DNA of 64,000 bases from an uncultured Verrucomicrobiae bacterium (GTDB lineage: Bacteria; Verrucomicrobiota; Verrucomicrobiia; Chthoniobacterales; JAFAMB01): positions 1,024,001 through 1,088,000 of the forward strand of contig CAWIPH010000002.1 of the NCBI GenBank assembly GCA_963837955.1, given 5' to 3'. The notes under the pieces are model-generated. The model searched no databases and was not told where the DNA came from. It saw only the letters and a program-made list of their open reading frames with translations. A program made the translations under genes and the position numbers. Numbering within the stretch: the first letter of the stretch is position 1; the number at the start of each line of letters is the position of its first letter. Of the stretch, positions 28,624 to 37,768 are shown piece by piece.

Positions 28624-29099
28624 GGCGTGACCGGCAATCTCTCAACAGCGATTGAAGGGCTCAACAAAACCCCATTCTGTTTATAAGTCTTCAGCCGGAA
28701 CCGAGTCGCTGTCGAAATAACTCCTTCGACGGTGCTCAATTTCTCGGAAACAAAGCGAGCAATTTCGCGCAAATGGTTTCCCTCCACAATAATCGCCAGA
28801 TCATAGCCACCGCTCATGAGCCAGCAGCTCTTTACCTCATCGAAACGCGCAATCCGCTCAGCCAATCGGTCGAATCCACCGCCGCGTTCAGGCGTGATCC
28901 TTACCTCAATATAGGCGGTAACGGCATCCGGGTCCGTTCGTTCTGCGTCGATCACGGCCTGGTAGGCGAGAATAACCCCAGCTTCCTCATAGCCGGCGAT
29001 CTTGGCTTCCACTTCGGCGGCGGAAAGATTCAAAAGTTTGCCCAATTCGGCAGAAGAAAGTTTCGAGTTCTGGTGAAGAAGTTCGAGGAGAGGATCCAT
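28620..29099 (-). CDS. Lrp/AsnC family transcriptional regulator
   Basis: N-terminal HTH; LMSGGYDL; TATRFRLKTYK; ATGA-coupled to the aminotransferase. Confidence 0.92.
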   Translation of the reverse strand: MDPLLELLHQNSKLSSAELGKLLNLSAAEVEAKIAGYEEAGVILAYQAVIDAERTDPDAVTAYIEVRITPERGGGFDRLAERIARFDEVKSCWLMSGGYDLAIIVEGNHLREIARFVSEKLSTVEGVISTATRFRLKTYKQNGVLLSPSIAVERLPVTP

Positions 29100-29110
29100 A
29101 AAGTTAATGA

Positions 29111-29158
29111 CCAATAGCCAATAGCCGATAGCCGAGAATTTGCTATTTGCTATTTGCA
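29111..29158. repeat. Inverted heptamer arrays (CCrATAG)n / (ATTTGCT)n
   Basis: CCAATAG CCAATAG CCGATAG ... ATTTGCT ATTTGCT ATTTGC. Confidence 0.8.
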
Positions 29159-29176
29159 ATATCAGCGTTGGCGACG

Positions 29177-30256
29177 CTAGTCGCCGAAGCTGATGTCCAC
29201 AGCTCGAGCGGTTTCGATAAGCTGGTTTTCGAGATCGACAACGCGTAGCCGATGCACGGCCTCGGCGATAGAGACGTCCTGCACTTCGTAATGCTGATAG
29301 CTCACCATCCGTCCAAACTTACCTTCGTGGATCAGGCTTACCGCCTTCACACCGAAACGTGTACCCAAGATTCGATCGAGAGAACCGGGAGCTCCGCCTC
29401 GTTGCAAATGGCCCAGGATGCAGTACCGCGTTTCCTTTCCGGTGCGTTCGGCTACTTCGCGGGCAACAATTTCGCCGACGCCACCGAGCCGATACTCGCC
29501 GCGATGAGTTTGTTGATAGTGCTGAATCCCGTTCCGAGGGCGGGCGCCTTCGGCCACGACAATCATGGTACTCTGGTATCCGGCCGCATCCCGCTGCCGC
29601 ACGGCTTCGGCAACTCTTTCCCATTCGAAAGGAATTTCTGGCAGAAGAATGACGTCGGCGCCGCCACCGATTCCTCCATGGAGCGCTATCCACCCGGCAT
29701 GCCGGCCCATCACTTCCAGAACCATTGCACGTTTGTGGCTGGCGGCCGTGGAGTGAAGGCGATCCAAAGCGTCCGTCACGCAGCTGACCGCGGAGTAAAA
29801 GCCGAAGGTCATAGCGGTTGCTTCGATGTCGTTGTCGATCGTCTTGGGAACGCCAATAATCGGGAAGCCCAGTTCGAAGAGCTGCAACGCAGTCGTCAAT
29901 GAACCATCGCCGCCGATAACAATCAGACCCTCGATTTTCAGTTCCTCGAGAGTGGCTCTGGCCTGGTTCACGATTTCGCCCGGGATCATTGTTTTCTCGC
30001 CGCCGGCCACCTTGGCGATGAAATGCCCTTTGTTCGTCGTCCCGAGAATGGTTCCTCCCTGTTGCATGATTCCGGCCGTTGTAGCGCGATCTAGAATCAT
30101 GAACTGGCTGGGCGGAAGGAGTCCTTCGAATCCATCCCGGAACCCTACGACCTGCCAATCCAGTTTTTCGGCGGCTTTGGTGACCCCGCGCAATACCGCG
30201 TTCAGCCCCGGACAATCACCGCCGCTTGTGAGCACCCCAATCCTCTTAGCAAACAT
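29177..30256 (-). CDS. pfkA: 6-phosphofructokinase (GGDGS + PKTIDND type)
   Basis: TSGGDCPGLN, GGDGS, PKTIDND, EVMGRHAGW and LGHLQRGG. Confidence 0.95.
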   Translation of the reverse strand: MFAKRIGVLTSGGDCPGLNAVLRGVTKAAEKLDWQVVGFRDGFEGLLPPSQFMILDRATTAGIMQQGGTILGTTNKGHFIAKVAGGEKTMIPGEIVNQARATLEELKIEGLIVIGGDGSLTTALQLFELGFPIIGVPKTIDNDIEATAMTFGFYSAVSCVTDALDRLHSTAASHKRAMVLEVMGRHAGWIALHGGIGGGADVILLPEIPFEWERVAEAVRQRDAAGYQSTMIVVAEGARPRNGIQHYQQTHRGEYRLGGVGEIVAREVAERTGKETRYCILGHLQRGGAPGSLDRILGTRFGVKAVSLIHEGKFGRMVSYQHYEVQDVSIAEAVHRLRVVDLENQLIETARAVDISFGD

Positions 30257-30262
30257 ATGGAA

Positions 30263-31207
30263 CTACCGCTTGGCTTCAGTAAGAGGACGACCCGCAGCCG
30301 CCCATTGGTCGTACAGGCTCCAGGCTCGGCCAAGCAACTGAGACGCAGCCGAAAAGCGGTCAGCCGCGCCCAAGACCACGATGTCGACGCGACGAGGGGT
30401 TACCAAAGTAGTTGCTCCATCCTGTTTGATTTCGGGATCGTGCTGTGATGACAACACTACGCACTGGCCCGCTTTTGCGGTGGTTCCAGTTTTCACCCCA
30501 TCGACCCCGTTGTTGCCGAGAAGCTCATTTGTATTTCGAAGCATATATAGAAGCACCTGGCCGCTCCGGTTAATCGAAACCTTGCGTTCTTTCTGAGAAA
30601 CGTAGAAACGAAATCCAGCATCGCTCATCGAGTAGACCGTTAGCTTGGCCACATCGGCTGCCGTCGAATACGGCTGAAGACCTCTTTCCGGTTCCAAACC
30701 GTGTGGGTTCACGAACAAGGTATGCTCCATCCTCAACTCGCGAGCCAGTGCGTTCATCTGGCTCACAAAGGCTTCGATCGGACCGAGTTCTTGGATCGCT
30801 GATCCCCCGCGAGCGCGAAGCTGTCCTCCCACGGCATAAGCTAAGGCCGTCGCCGCAGTGTTGTCTGACTGCAGAAGCGCGGCATAAACGAGATCGCGAT
30901 AGCTGACTTGGTCATCCGGTTGCAGACCCATTGGGTTGATCCCGCCAGAGTTGAACGCTTGGGCCGAGATTCCCACCAGCTGGGCCAAATCGGTGTTGGT
31001 TTTGGCGGCCCAATCCAACACTACCTTCGCGGTGGCAATTTTAGTGAGGCTGGCGATCTGCCTTTTTTGGTCGGACTTGTAGCCTTCGAGCACGTGACCG
31101 CTGGTGTGGTCGATCAGGATGTATGCCGCCGCTGTCTGGGCGCGCCCGGCGGCAGTGAGAAAAACCGCTACTCCAAATAGGATACAGAATCGAGCTGTGT
31201 TCAGCAT
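30263..31207 (-). CDS. D-alanyl-D-alanine carboxypeptidase (peptidase S11), secreted
   Basis: Signal peptide; SLTK (SxxK), SDN (SxN) and KTG. Confidence 0.92.
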   Translation of the reverse strand: MLNTARFCILFGVAVFLTAAGRAQTAAAYILIDHTSGHVLEGYKSDQKRQIASLTKIATAKVVLDWAAKTNTDLAQLVGISAQAFNSGGINPMGLQPDDQVSYRDLVYAALLQSDNTAATALAYAVGGQLRARGGSAIQELGPIEAFVSQMNALARELRMEHTLFVNPHGLEPERGLQPYSTAADVAKLTVYSMSDAGFRFYVSQKERKVSINRSGQVLLYMLRNTNELLGNNGVDGVKTGTTAKAGQCVVLSSQHDPEIKQDGATTLVTPRRVDIVVLGAADRFSAASQLLGRAWSLYDQWAAAGRPLTEAKR

Positions 31208-31345
31208 GGTGTAAAACGCGCTCACTTTATTGCGGTTCCTCAGTAAGGCAACGCTGAAGTCGGTCCGTATGCACTGGTGCGCGGAATTTACCGTTGTGTA
31301 GGTAGGGAGAGAGAGATCAGTTGGCGATTTTTCAAGGCGCACTAG

Positions 31346-31816
31346 CTAATCTAATTCATCTGGCATGCCCAACTTCGGTGGAGATGAGGGAGACCACGGA
31401 TTCACATTAAAGCGCGATTCCTCCAGCTGGCTGACAGTCAAATCGCTCAACGCCAACGCTTGATCGACTCGGAATCCGCGAAATTCCGGGCAAAATTGGA
31501 TCAAATTCTTATGAGCTAGCTTGAACAAACGCCAGGCTGGGCGTAAGCGCCGGCCATCGGTCGGATGGGTTGGGCGCCGAAATTGTTTTTGAAGATGAAC
31601 AAAAGCTCCGGCCAGCTGGATGAGCCCCTTATAAAAGGTAGCGTCCGGCTCGAGCGCTCGGAGCCACAACTGCTCGAGGACATCATGAGCCTCGTAGTAT
31701 TGCTGCTCGTTAAATAGCTGGAAATAAGCGCGGTAGTAGGCGCGATTATCTATTTTTCCATCGCTCGAGAGTCCCCGAGTAAACGCGGCAACCCTGTCCT
31801 CCTTCTTCATTGGCAT
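31346..31816 (-). CDS. DUF309 family protein
   Basis: FN..QYYEAHDVLEQLW and YKGLIQLAGAFVH. Confidence 0.88.
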   Translation of the reverse strand: MPMKKEDRVAAFTRGLSSDGKIDNRAYYRAYFQLFNEQQYYEAHDVLEQLWLRALEPDATFYKGLIQLAGAFVHLQKQFRRPTHPTDGRRLRPAWRLFKLAHKNLIQFCPEFRGFRVDQALALSDLTVSQLEESRFNVNPWSPSSPPKLGMPDELD

Positions 31817-32099
31817 GTTTGCTTCAGCGTCGCAGCCTTCGGCTTCGCCTGGGCAACTAATCCACAACTGACCCGAAAGGCAAGCCTGGGCGCGCGGACT
31901 GCTGCATTGTGATCTGTCATTTGACATTCCTAATAGACTATCGGCTAGGCATTTGCAGAACTTGGTTGCGCGAACGGCCTCGCGCACCCGAATATGAGGC
32001 AGGGATTTTTCTTGTCAGCCGAAGGGAAGGACCGAGAATGCCGAGCGCTGCCGGAGAGTGCGAATCATCATTGCGCTGTACCTGATACAGTCCACTAGC

Positions 32100-33359
32100 A
32101 TGTCGACCGAATTCGTTGTCGCAACGTTAGCGGGGCTCATCTTGTGTGCGTTCGTGTCGGCTTTTTTCTCTGGAATGGAGACCGCCCTGTTCTCCATCAA
32201 AGCTTGGCATCTTCACCGTTGGCGAACGGAGGACCCATCGTCGGCCGAGCGCTACGAGGCGCTGATGAAAATGCCGCGAGTAGTTCTGAACGTCATTCTG
32301 CTCGCTGACACGCTGGTGAATCTGGTGCTCGTGGTCTTGGCTCTTTGGTTTGCTAATTCGTTGGCAGTACCTTTCCCAAACTGGGTCAAAACCTTACTGC
32401 TCTTCGCGCTGATCGTGGTGGTTTGCGATCTTTCGCCAAAGGTGTTGGCCCTGGCAGACCCGTTCCGGTTTGCCAAGCAGGCGCTGGTAGCCCTTGAATT
32501 GCTCCTCCCGGTCTTAGGACCTCTCTCTCGAAAGCTCCAAAATTTCGCCGAGCGTCTTGCTGATTTTTTATTCCACGACAAGCCGGAAGTGCGAGAACAG
32601 CTGGATGACGAAGAATTGATCATGCTGGTCGAAATCAGCGCTGAAAAGGGTCATTTGCGACCTGATGAGCGGGAAATGATCGCCGAAATTATCCGCTTGG
32701 GTAATAAGACGGTAAAGGACTGCATGACCCCGCGGGTCGATGCATTTACGATTCCTGATTCTCTGACCAACGAAGAGGCGATCCAGCTTTTGCGTAGCAA
32801 ACGCTACGGCCGGGTACCGGTTTTTGGAGACAGCCCCGACGAAATTCTGGGTATTCTGGACGTAAAGGGCTTCTTGTTGAACCCTCAGGAGCACTATACC
32901 GAGAACCTTGAACCCCCGTCGTTCGTTCCCGAAACCATGCAGGCACCCGATCTGTTGCGGGCTTTTCTTACTCATCCGCAGCGGCTCGCTATCGTAGTGG
33001 ATGAGTTTGGCGGCACCGAGGGCGTCGTCACATTCAATGACATTGTCGAAGAAATCCTGGCCGATGTAGCTCCGCGCGCAGATGAAAAATTGTATCTGGA
33101 AGAAGCTGGTGATGCTGTCTGGCTGGCCAGCGGTAGTGCCAGGCTGGAAGACCTCGGCGAGGTCTTGCATCTGAATTTCGCAGACGATGGAATCGATACG
33201 GTCAACGGGTTGATCTTCAACCGTCTCGGTTATGTGCCTCGGTCTGGATCGACTGTGCAAGTTCCACCCCTGGAGTTCCAAATCCGCCAAAGCACCCGAA
33301 GACGGGTATTGGAAGTGCTCGTGCAAAGGATCAAATCGCCGGAAGCGAGTAACGAATGA
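32100..33359 (+). CDS. CNNM/hemolysin-family protein (DUF21-CBS-CorC)
   Basis: SAFFSGMETALFS, MTPRVD and AIVVDEFGGTEG. Confidence 0.93.
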   Translation: MSTEFVVATLAGLILCAFVSAFFSGMETALFSIKAWHLHRWRTEDPSSAERYEALMKMPRVVLNVILLADTLVNLVLVVLALWFANSLAVPFPNWVKTLLLFALIVVVCDLSPKVLALADPFRFAKQALVALELLLPVLGPLSRKLQNFAERLADFLFHDKPEVREQLDDEELIMLVEISAEKGHLRPDEREMIAEIIRLGNKTVKDCMTPRVDAFTIPDSLTNEEAIQLLRSKRYGRVPVFGDSPDEILGILDVKGFLLNPQEHYTENLEPPSFVPETMQAPDLLRAFLTHPQRLAIVVDEFGGTEGVVTFNDIVEEILADVAPRADEKLYLEEAGDAVWLASGSARLEDLGEVLHLNFADDGIDTVNGLIFNRLGYVPRSGSTVQVPPLEFQIRQSTRRRVLEVLVQRIKSPEASNE

Positions 33360-34345
33360 GTTGGCTGATTTTTCTGTTCTGCCTTGCGGTCTCTTTCTTG
33401 TTTTCTGGGACTGAGGCCGGTTTGCTCTCTCTCAATCGGCTGCAGCTACGACGGTTGGCTCAGCTGCGTGATCCTGCTGCCATTCGTGTGGAACGCCTAT
33501 TGCTTCGGCCCGCGCGACTCTTTGTGACGGTGCTCTTCGTGACAAGCCTTTCCAATATCACGGCGATACTCATCCTGGTTTCGGAACTGGTCGCCCTTTA
33601 CGGATCGGTTGGGTACTTGCTCGCACTTCTGGTGGCATTTCCTATTTTCCTCTTCGTTACCGAAGTACTTCCAAAATCGTTCTTCCGCCGGTTTCCTTAT
33701 CGAGCGCTTGCGTCCGTTGCTCTGATTCTCGAATTTGTTTCCGGGGTGCTGACCCCACTAATGAAGATTGGCGCCTGGATCGCGCGAAAGGTCTTTCGAC
33801 TGCGGCGCCCCCGTGAGATTTTTTTGGCGCGCGAAGATTTGAAATACGTAACGAGTCATATCGAACGGATGGGGAAGCTGAGCAGCATCGAGCGACAAAT
33901 GATTCACAACGTGGTCGATTTCCGTTCAGTGAAAGTGGGTGATGTGATGGTCAGGATAGAGCGAGTACGCTCGGTGCCACTCTCGATGGCTTTGGAACAG
34001 GTCATTCGCCTGTCGCGTGAAACTAAATTTGATCGGTTCCCCGTCGTGGACGAAGAAGGAAAAATCGTGGGCATAGTGAATGTTCTGGATTTGATTGTAG
34101 ACCAGCGTCCGGACGCGACCGCCCAGTCCTATCTTCGAAGCATTCTGACCGTGCGGGAAGATGAACCGGCTTCGACGGTTTTGCGTCGACTCCGAGCTGC
34201 CCCGCAAGGACTGGCATCCGTCCAGAACGAGGCCGGCGCAGATGTGGGAATCGTCAGTATTGAGGATTTATTGAATCCCCTGGTGAAGGTGGTCCCGGCT
34301 GAGCCAGCTGTCTCAGGTGGAAATTTGCCTGCCAAATCCGCTTGA
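33356..34345 (+). CDS. Second CNNM (DUF21-CBS) protein, no CorC domain
   Basis: SFLFSGTEAGLLSLNR, EVLPKS and CBS pair; ATGA overlap. Confidence 0.9.
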   Translation: MSWLIFLFCLAVSFLFSGTEAGLLSLNRLQLRRLAQLRDPAAIRVERLLLRPARLFVTVLFVTSLSNITAILILVSELVALYGSVGYLLALLVAFPIFLFVTEVLPKSFFRRFPYRALASVALILEFVSGVLTPLMKIGAWIARKVFRLRRPREIFLAREDLKYVTSHIERMGKLSSIERQMIHNVVDFRSVKVGDVMVRIERVRSVPLSMALEQVIRLSRETKFDRFPVVDEEGKIVGIVNVLDLIVDQRPDATAQSYLRSILTVREDEPASTVLRRLRAAPQGLASVQNEAGADVGIVSIEDLLNPLVKVVPAEPAVSGGNLPAKSA

Positions 34346-34379
34346 ACGGGCCGCTAGGGCGCCAATATTCTCACTTTTT

Positions 34380-35531
34380 ATGTCCATCCATCCGCCCGCA
34401 GCTATTTATTCGCGGAAAAATCCTTTTCCGGCGGTTTCGTTGTTGAACCAGAAATTGACGCTGGAAGGTTCAGAAAAGGAAACTCGCCACTACGAGTTTT
34501 CCCTGGCCGGCTCGGGATTGCAATACGAGGTAGGCGATTCGATGGGTATATTTCCCCAGAACAATCCGCAACTAGTAGAAGAGCTTCTCGGGGCTCTCCA
34601 CTTTTCTGGCGAGGAATCGGTTACCAACAAAGAGGGAGAGACCTTTTCGCTGCGCGAGGGTCTCTTGAAACATTTTCAGATTACGGCTCCGTCAAAGCAG
34701 TTCCTGGAAGCGATTGCCCAGCGCTCAGCTAGCGGGCCTGAACTACAGGAGCTGATGCAGCCCGATCGCAAAGCCGATTTAGAACGGTTCCTTTGGGGCC
34801 AGGAGATCATCGACTTTATTCTGGATAACCCGTCATTACGATTCACGGTAGAGGAGTTCGTCGCAACGCTCCGAAAGCTGCAGCCTCGACTCTATTCTAT
34901 TGGGTCCAGCCTTAAAGCATATCCCGAGCAGGTCCATTTTATTATCGCAACGGTGCGATATGAGAGCCATGGCCGGCAACGGGAGGGGGTTGCCTCGACT
35001 TATTTGGCCGACCGGCTGAATTCGGACGATCGGCTGCCGATGTTTGTGCACGTCGCTAAAGGGTTTCGCTTACCGGAAGACCCTTCTACCCCCATTATCA
35101 TGGTCGGCCCGGGGACCGGGATCGCCCCGTTTCGAGCCTACTTACAGGAGCGCCAGGCGGTGGGCGCTTCGGGCAGGAATTGGCTTTTTTTCGGCGAACA
35201 ACGCTCGAAATGCGATTTTTTCTACGAAGCCGAGTTTGCGGCAGCTCGAGCAGCGGGGACGTTGACCCGATTCGATACGGCCTTCTCTCGCGACCAATCA
35301 CACAAGATCTATGTCCAGCATCGGATGCTGGAGCAAGCCAAGGAGATCTTTGCCTGGCTGGAAGAAGGTGCGCATTTCTTTGTCTGTGGCGACGCTGCCC
35401 GCATGGCGAAGGATGTGGATGTAGCCTTGCACCAAATCATCGAGAAGGAAGGCGGGAAAACCCCGGAACAAGCCGCGCAATATGTCGAAAATTTGCGGCA
35501 GCAGAAACGGTATAAGAGGGATGTTTATTAG
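34380..35531 (+). CDS. Sulfite reductase flavoprotein-like FAD/NADPH module (CysJ-like, no flavodoxin domain)
   Basis: RLYSI, GVASTYL, GPGTGIAPFR, YVQH, VCGDA and RYKRDVY. Confidence 0.9.
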   Translation: MSIHPPAAIYSRKNPFPAVSLLNQKLTLEGSEKETRHYEFSLAGSGLQYEVGDSMGIFPQNNPQLVEELLGALHFSGEESVTNKEGETFSLREGLLKHFQITAPSKQFLEAIAQRSASGPELQELMQPDRKADLERFLWGQEIIDFILDNPSLRFTVEEFVATLRKLQPRLYSIGSSLKAYPEQVHFIIATVRYESHGRQREGVASTYLADRLNSDDRLPMFVHVAKGFRLPEDPSTPIIMVGPGTGIAPFRAYLQERQAVGASGRNWLFFGEQRSKCDFFYEAEFAAARAAGTLTRFDTAFSRDQSHKIYVQHRMLEQAKEIFAWLEEGAHFFVCGDAARMAKDVDVALHQIIEKEGGKTPEQAAQYVENLRQQKRYKRDVY

Positions 35532-35552
35532 CGGGGGCGAAGCTGGAAGCGG

Positions 35553-35751
35553 GAATTTGGAATTTAGAGGGTTGCGACTCCCCTCGCTCGGAGGGTGCGC
35601 CGCTTGCGGCGCCCGGGAATAATCCGGCGTCAGCAATTCCGACTGATCATCTGCTGGGATGCCTCGGGACGCGATGGATCGTTCCCGGGCGTCGCAAGCG
35701 ACGCACCCTCCGCAGCCAGGGGCACATCGCAACCTTCTAAATTCTAAATTC
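35553..35751. repeat. Nested palindrome: heptamer outer arms enclosing a REP family C pair (CGGAGGGTGCGCCGCTTGCGGCGCCCGGGA)
   Basis: GAATTTGGAATTTAGAGGGTTGCGA / TCGCAACCTTCTAAATTCTAAATTC; inner arms at 35589-35619 and 35682-35712. Confidence 0.88.
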
Positions 35752-35770
35752 AGGATTCTAGATTCCGATC

Positions 35771-37221
35771 CTACTGTGCCGAAGTGATCTCCCGGACGTA
35801 AATATTAATCTGGGCGTCGGCTCCGCGGCGTACATCGACTATCTGGAATGGCCGGTCGGCTGCGCGTCCCAATGACTCGCCTTCCTGCGGTACCGGCAAG
35901 CCTTTTGGAAATTCCACGATAATGCGGACATTTTCATTACCCGTCTGCTTGGGGCGTAACACCGCGCGATTTTCCCGTGCTGCTGTCACGGTAAAATCAC
36001 CGCGAAGATATACGGGATCGGTGCCGATCCCTTGATCGGCCAATGTTGAACCCTGGGCGACTTCGATCAGACGACCGCGGGGAAACTGCCCGGGATGATA
36101 GGTTTGCCAAGTTGCGGCTCGGCTATTAGTTCCCGGGGTCGCCGAAGAGGCGAGGAAAGGCTGCGTGGCGGCTACAGCTGGAGGGGTAGCTACAGCCGTA
36201 CTAGCTGGGGTGGAAGCGGGCCCAGGAGAGTAAGTGGCTTTGGGCGGAGTAGCGGCTGGACTTTGTTTTGCCAAAAGACCGGCTGGGCTCTGTTTCGCCA
36301 AAATGCCGGGCGTCGTCTTTATGACCGGCTGCGCTTTCGGCGCTGACACCAGATTGGGGGAGAAGGTCGCGGGGTAGCAGATTCTGCAACTAAATTTCCC
36401 GTCGCTTTTTGCGACGTTGTGCTGGCAATCTGTGAACCGGTAGCCTTGCGGTATTCCGCATAGCGCTGCTCGGCACTGTGGAACTTGTTCTGATTCACCA
36501 TCGGCAGCCCTTCCTTAACGTAAAGAGCCCGAGGCGGTTCTAGCTGAAAACTCGATCCAATCTGTCCGTAGGAGCCATACAGAAGTGGAACGCAAGTGAA
36601 TAGCAGTTTTCCGTCTCCCAGGTTGCTGATATGAACAACAGCCGAAAGATCATACGAGCGTCGAAGTTCCAAGCCGAGCCCTGTGATCAGAACGCGTTGC
36701 ATGGCTGGGAGATCCTGCTTTTCGGCCGGAAAGATTTGTTCGATGTAGATGGTTGGCACGTCATTGGACTGCGCCAGCACCGTCATTCCCGGACCAAAAT
36801 ACTGCGTCTCATTTGTCACGAACGCGTCAAGCACCGTGAATTTACCGATAGCATAAGGCACCTTGCCGATTTGGTGATCGTAATTTCGCAGGTAGGACCG
36901 AAGTAAATCGTTGCTCTCTTCCACAAGCTGCGGAGCAGTCATCGCTCCATATTTTTCCAGCAACTTATCGGCACCGAGAAATTCTCCGGCAGGTGCGACG
37001 GTGAGCTCAAAGCGCTTGGGCGGTTCAAGCTTATTCAACTTCGTAAGTATTTGGTAATTGAACGGTTGTTCCGGGTGATTAAAGACGTAGAACGTTCCGA
37101 TCCAGCACGCGACCGCAAAGCCACACAACAGAAGGATAAAGACAGTCCAGCCAAAAAGATTGTCCGGACCCGGTTGCTGGTGCATCCGGTTACGTGAGCG
37201 CCCGAGCTCTACAGCTTTCAT
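35771..37221 (-). pseudogene. Membrane-anchored hypothetical protein split into two ORFs (36319-37221 and 35771-36349) by a probable 1-nt frameshift
   Basis: Overlapping ORFs join through a Pro/Ala linker if the C5 run (G5 at 36356-36360) is C6. Confidence 0.6.
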
Positions 37222-37234
37222 GCGGCCTGAAGTA

Positions 37235-37582
37235 CTAAGAAGTGCTGGATCGTTTTTCGGCTACTTCGAAAGAGGTGCCGCATCCACAGCTTCTAGCGGC
37301 GTTCGGATTACTGATTTGAAAGCCGGCACCAGTAAGACCGTCATTATAATCCACCATCGATCCTTGTAAGAACTCGGCGCTTTGCGGGTCGATCAAAACA
37401 TTTACCCCGTCCTGCTCGAATCGGTAATCGCTGGCTTTTGCTTCATCGAACTTCATTCCGTACTGGCGGCCGGCGCAACCCCCTTCTTCGACGAAGATCC
37501 GTAACCCCTTGTTCTTGTACTCCGGGTTTTCCGAGACCAAGGATTGCAAGTGATGCACGGCGGCTTCGGTAACGGTGATCAT
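37235..37582 (-). CDS. Iron-sulfur cluster assembly accessory protein (IscA/ErpA/HesB)
   Basis: GGCAG and NPNAARSCGCGTSF. Confidence 0.95.
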   Translation of the reverse strand: MITVTEAAVHHLQSLVSENPEYKNKGLRIFVEEGGCAGRQYGMKFDEAKASDYRFEQDGVNVLIDPQSAEFLQGSMVDYNDGLTGAGFQISNPNAARSCGCGTSFEVAEKRSSTS

Positions 37583-37642
37583 GTTACCTAATAAACAGCG
37601 AAGGCGCCGGAACGTCAACGCGGGCTCGTCATTCTCGCCTCA

Positions 37643-37751
37643 GGCTCGAATGAATAGCCGATAGCCGATAGCCAATAGCCGATGGAGGGAAACAGCAATT
37701 CGGCCACCTATCGGCTATCGGCTATTTGCTATTTGCCATTTCGTTCGAGCC
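37643..37751. repeat. Inverted heptamer arrays forming a long hairpin between divergent iscA and mutL
   Basis: GGCTCGAA..(ATAGCCr)n / (CTATCGG, CTATTTG)n..TTCGAGCC. Confidence 0.85.
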
Positions 37752-37768
37752 TAAGCGAGAATGACCGC

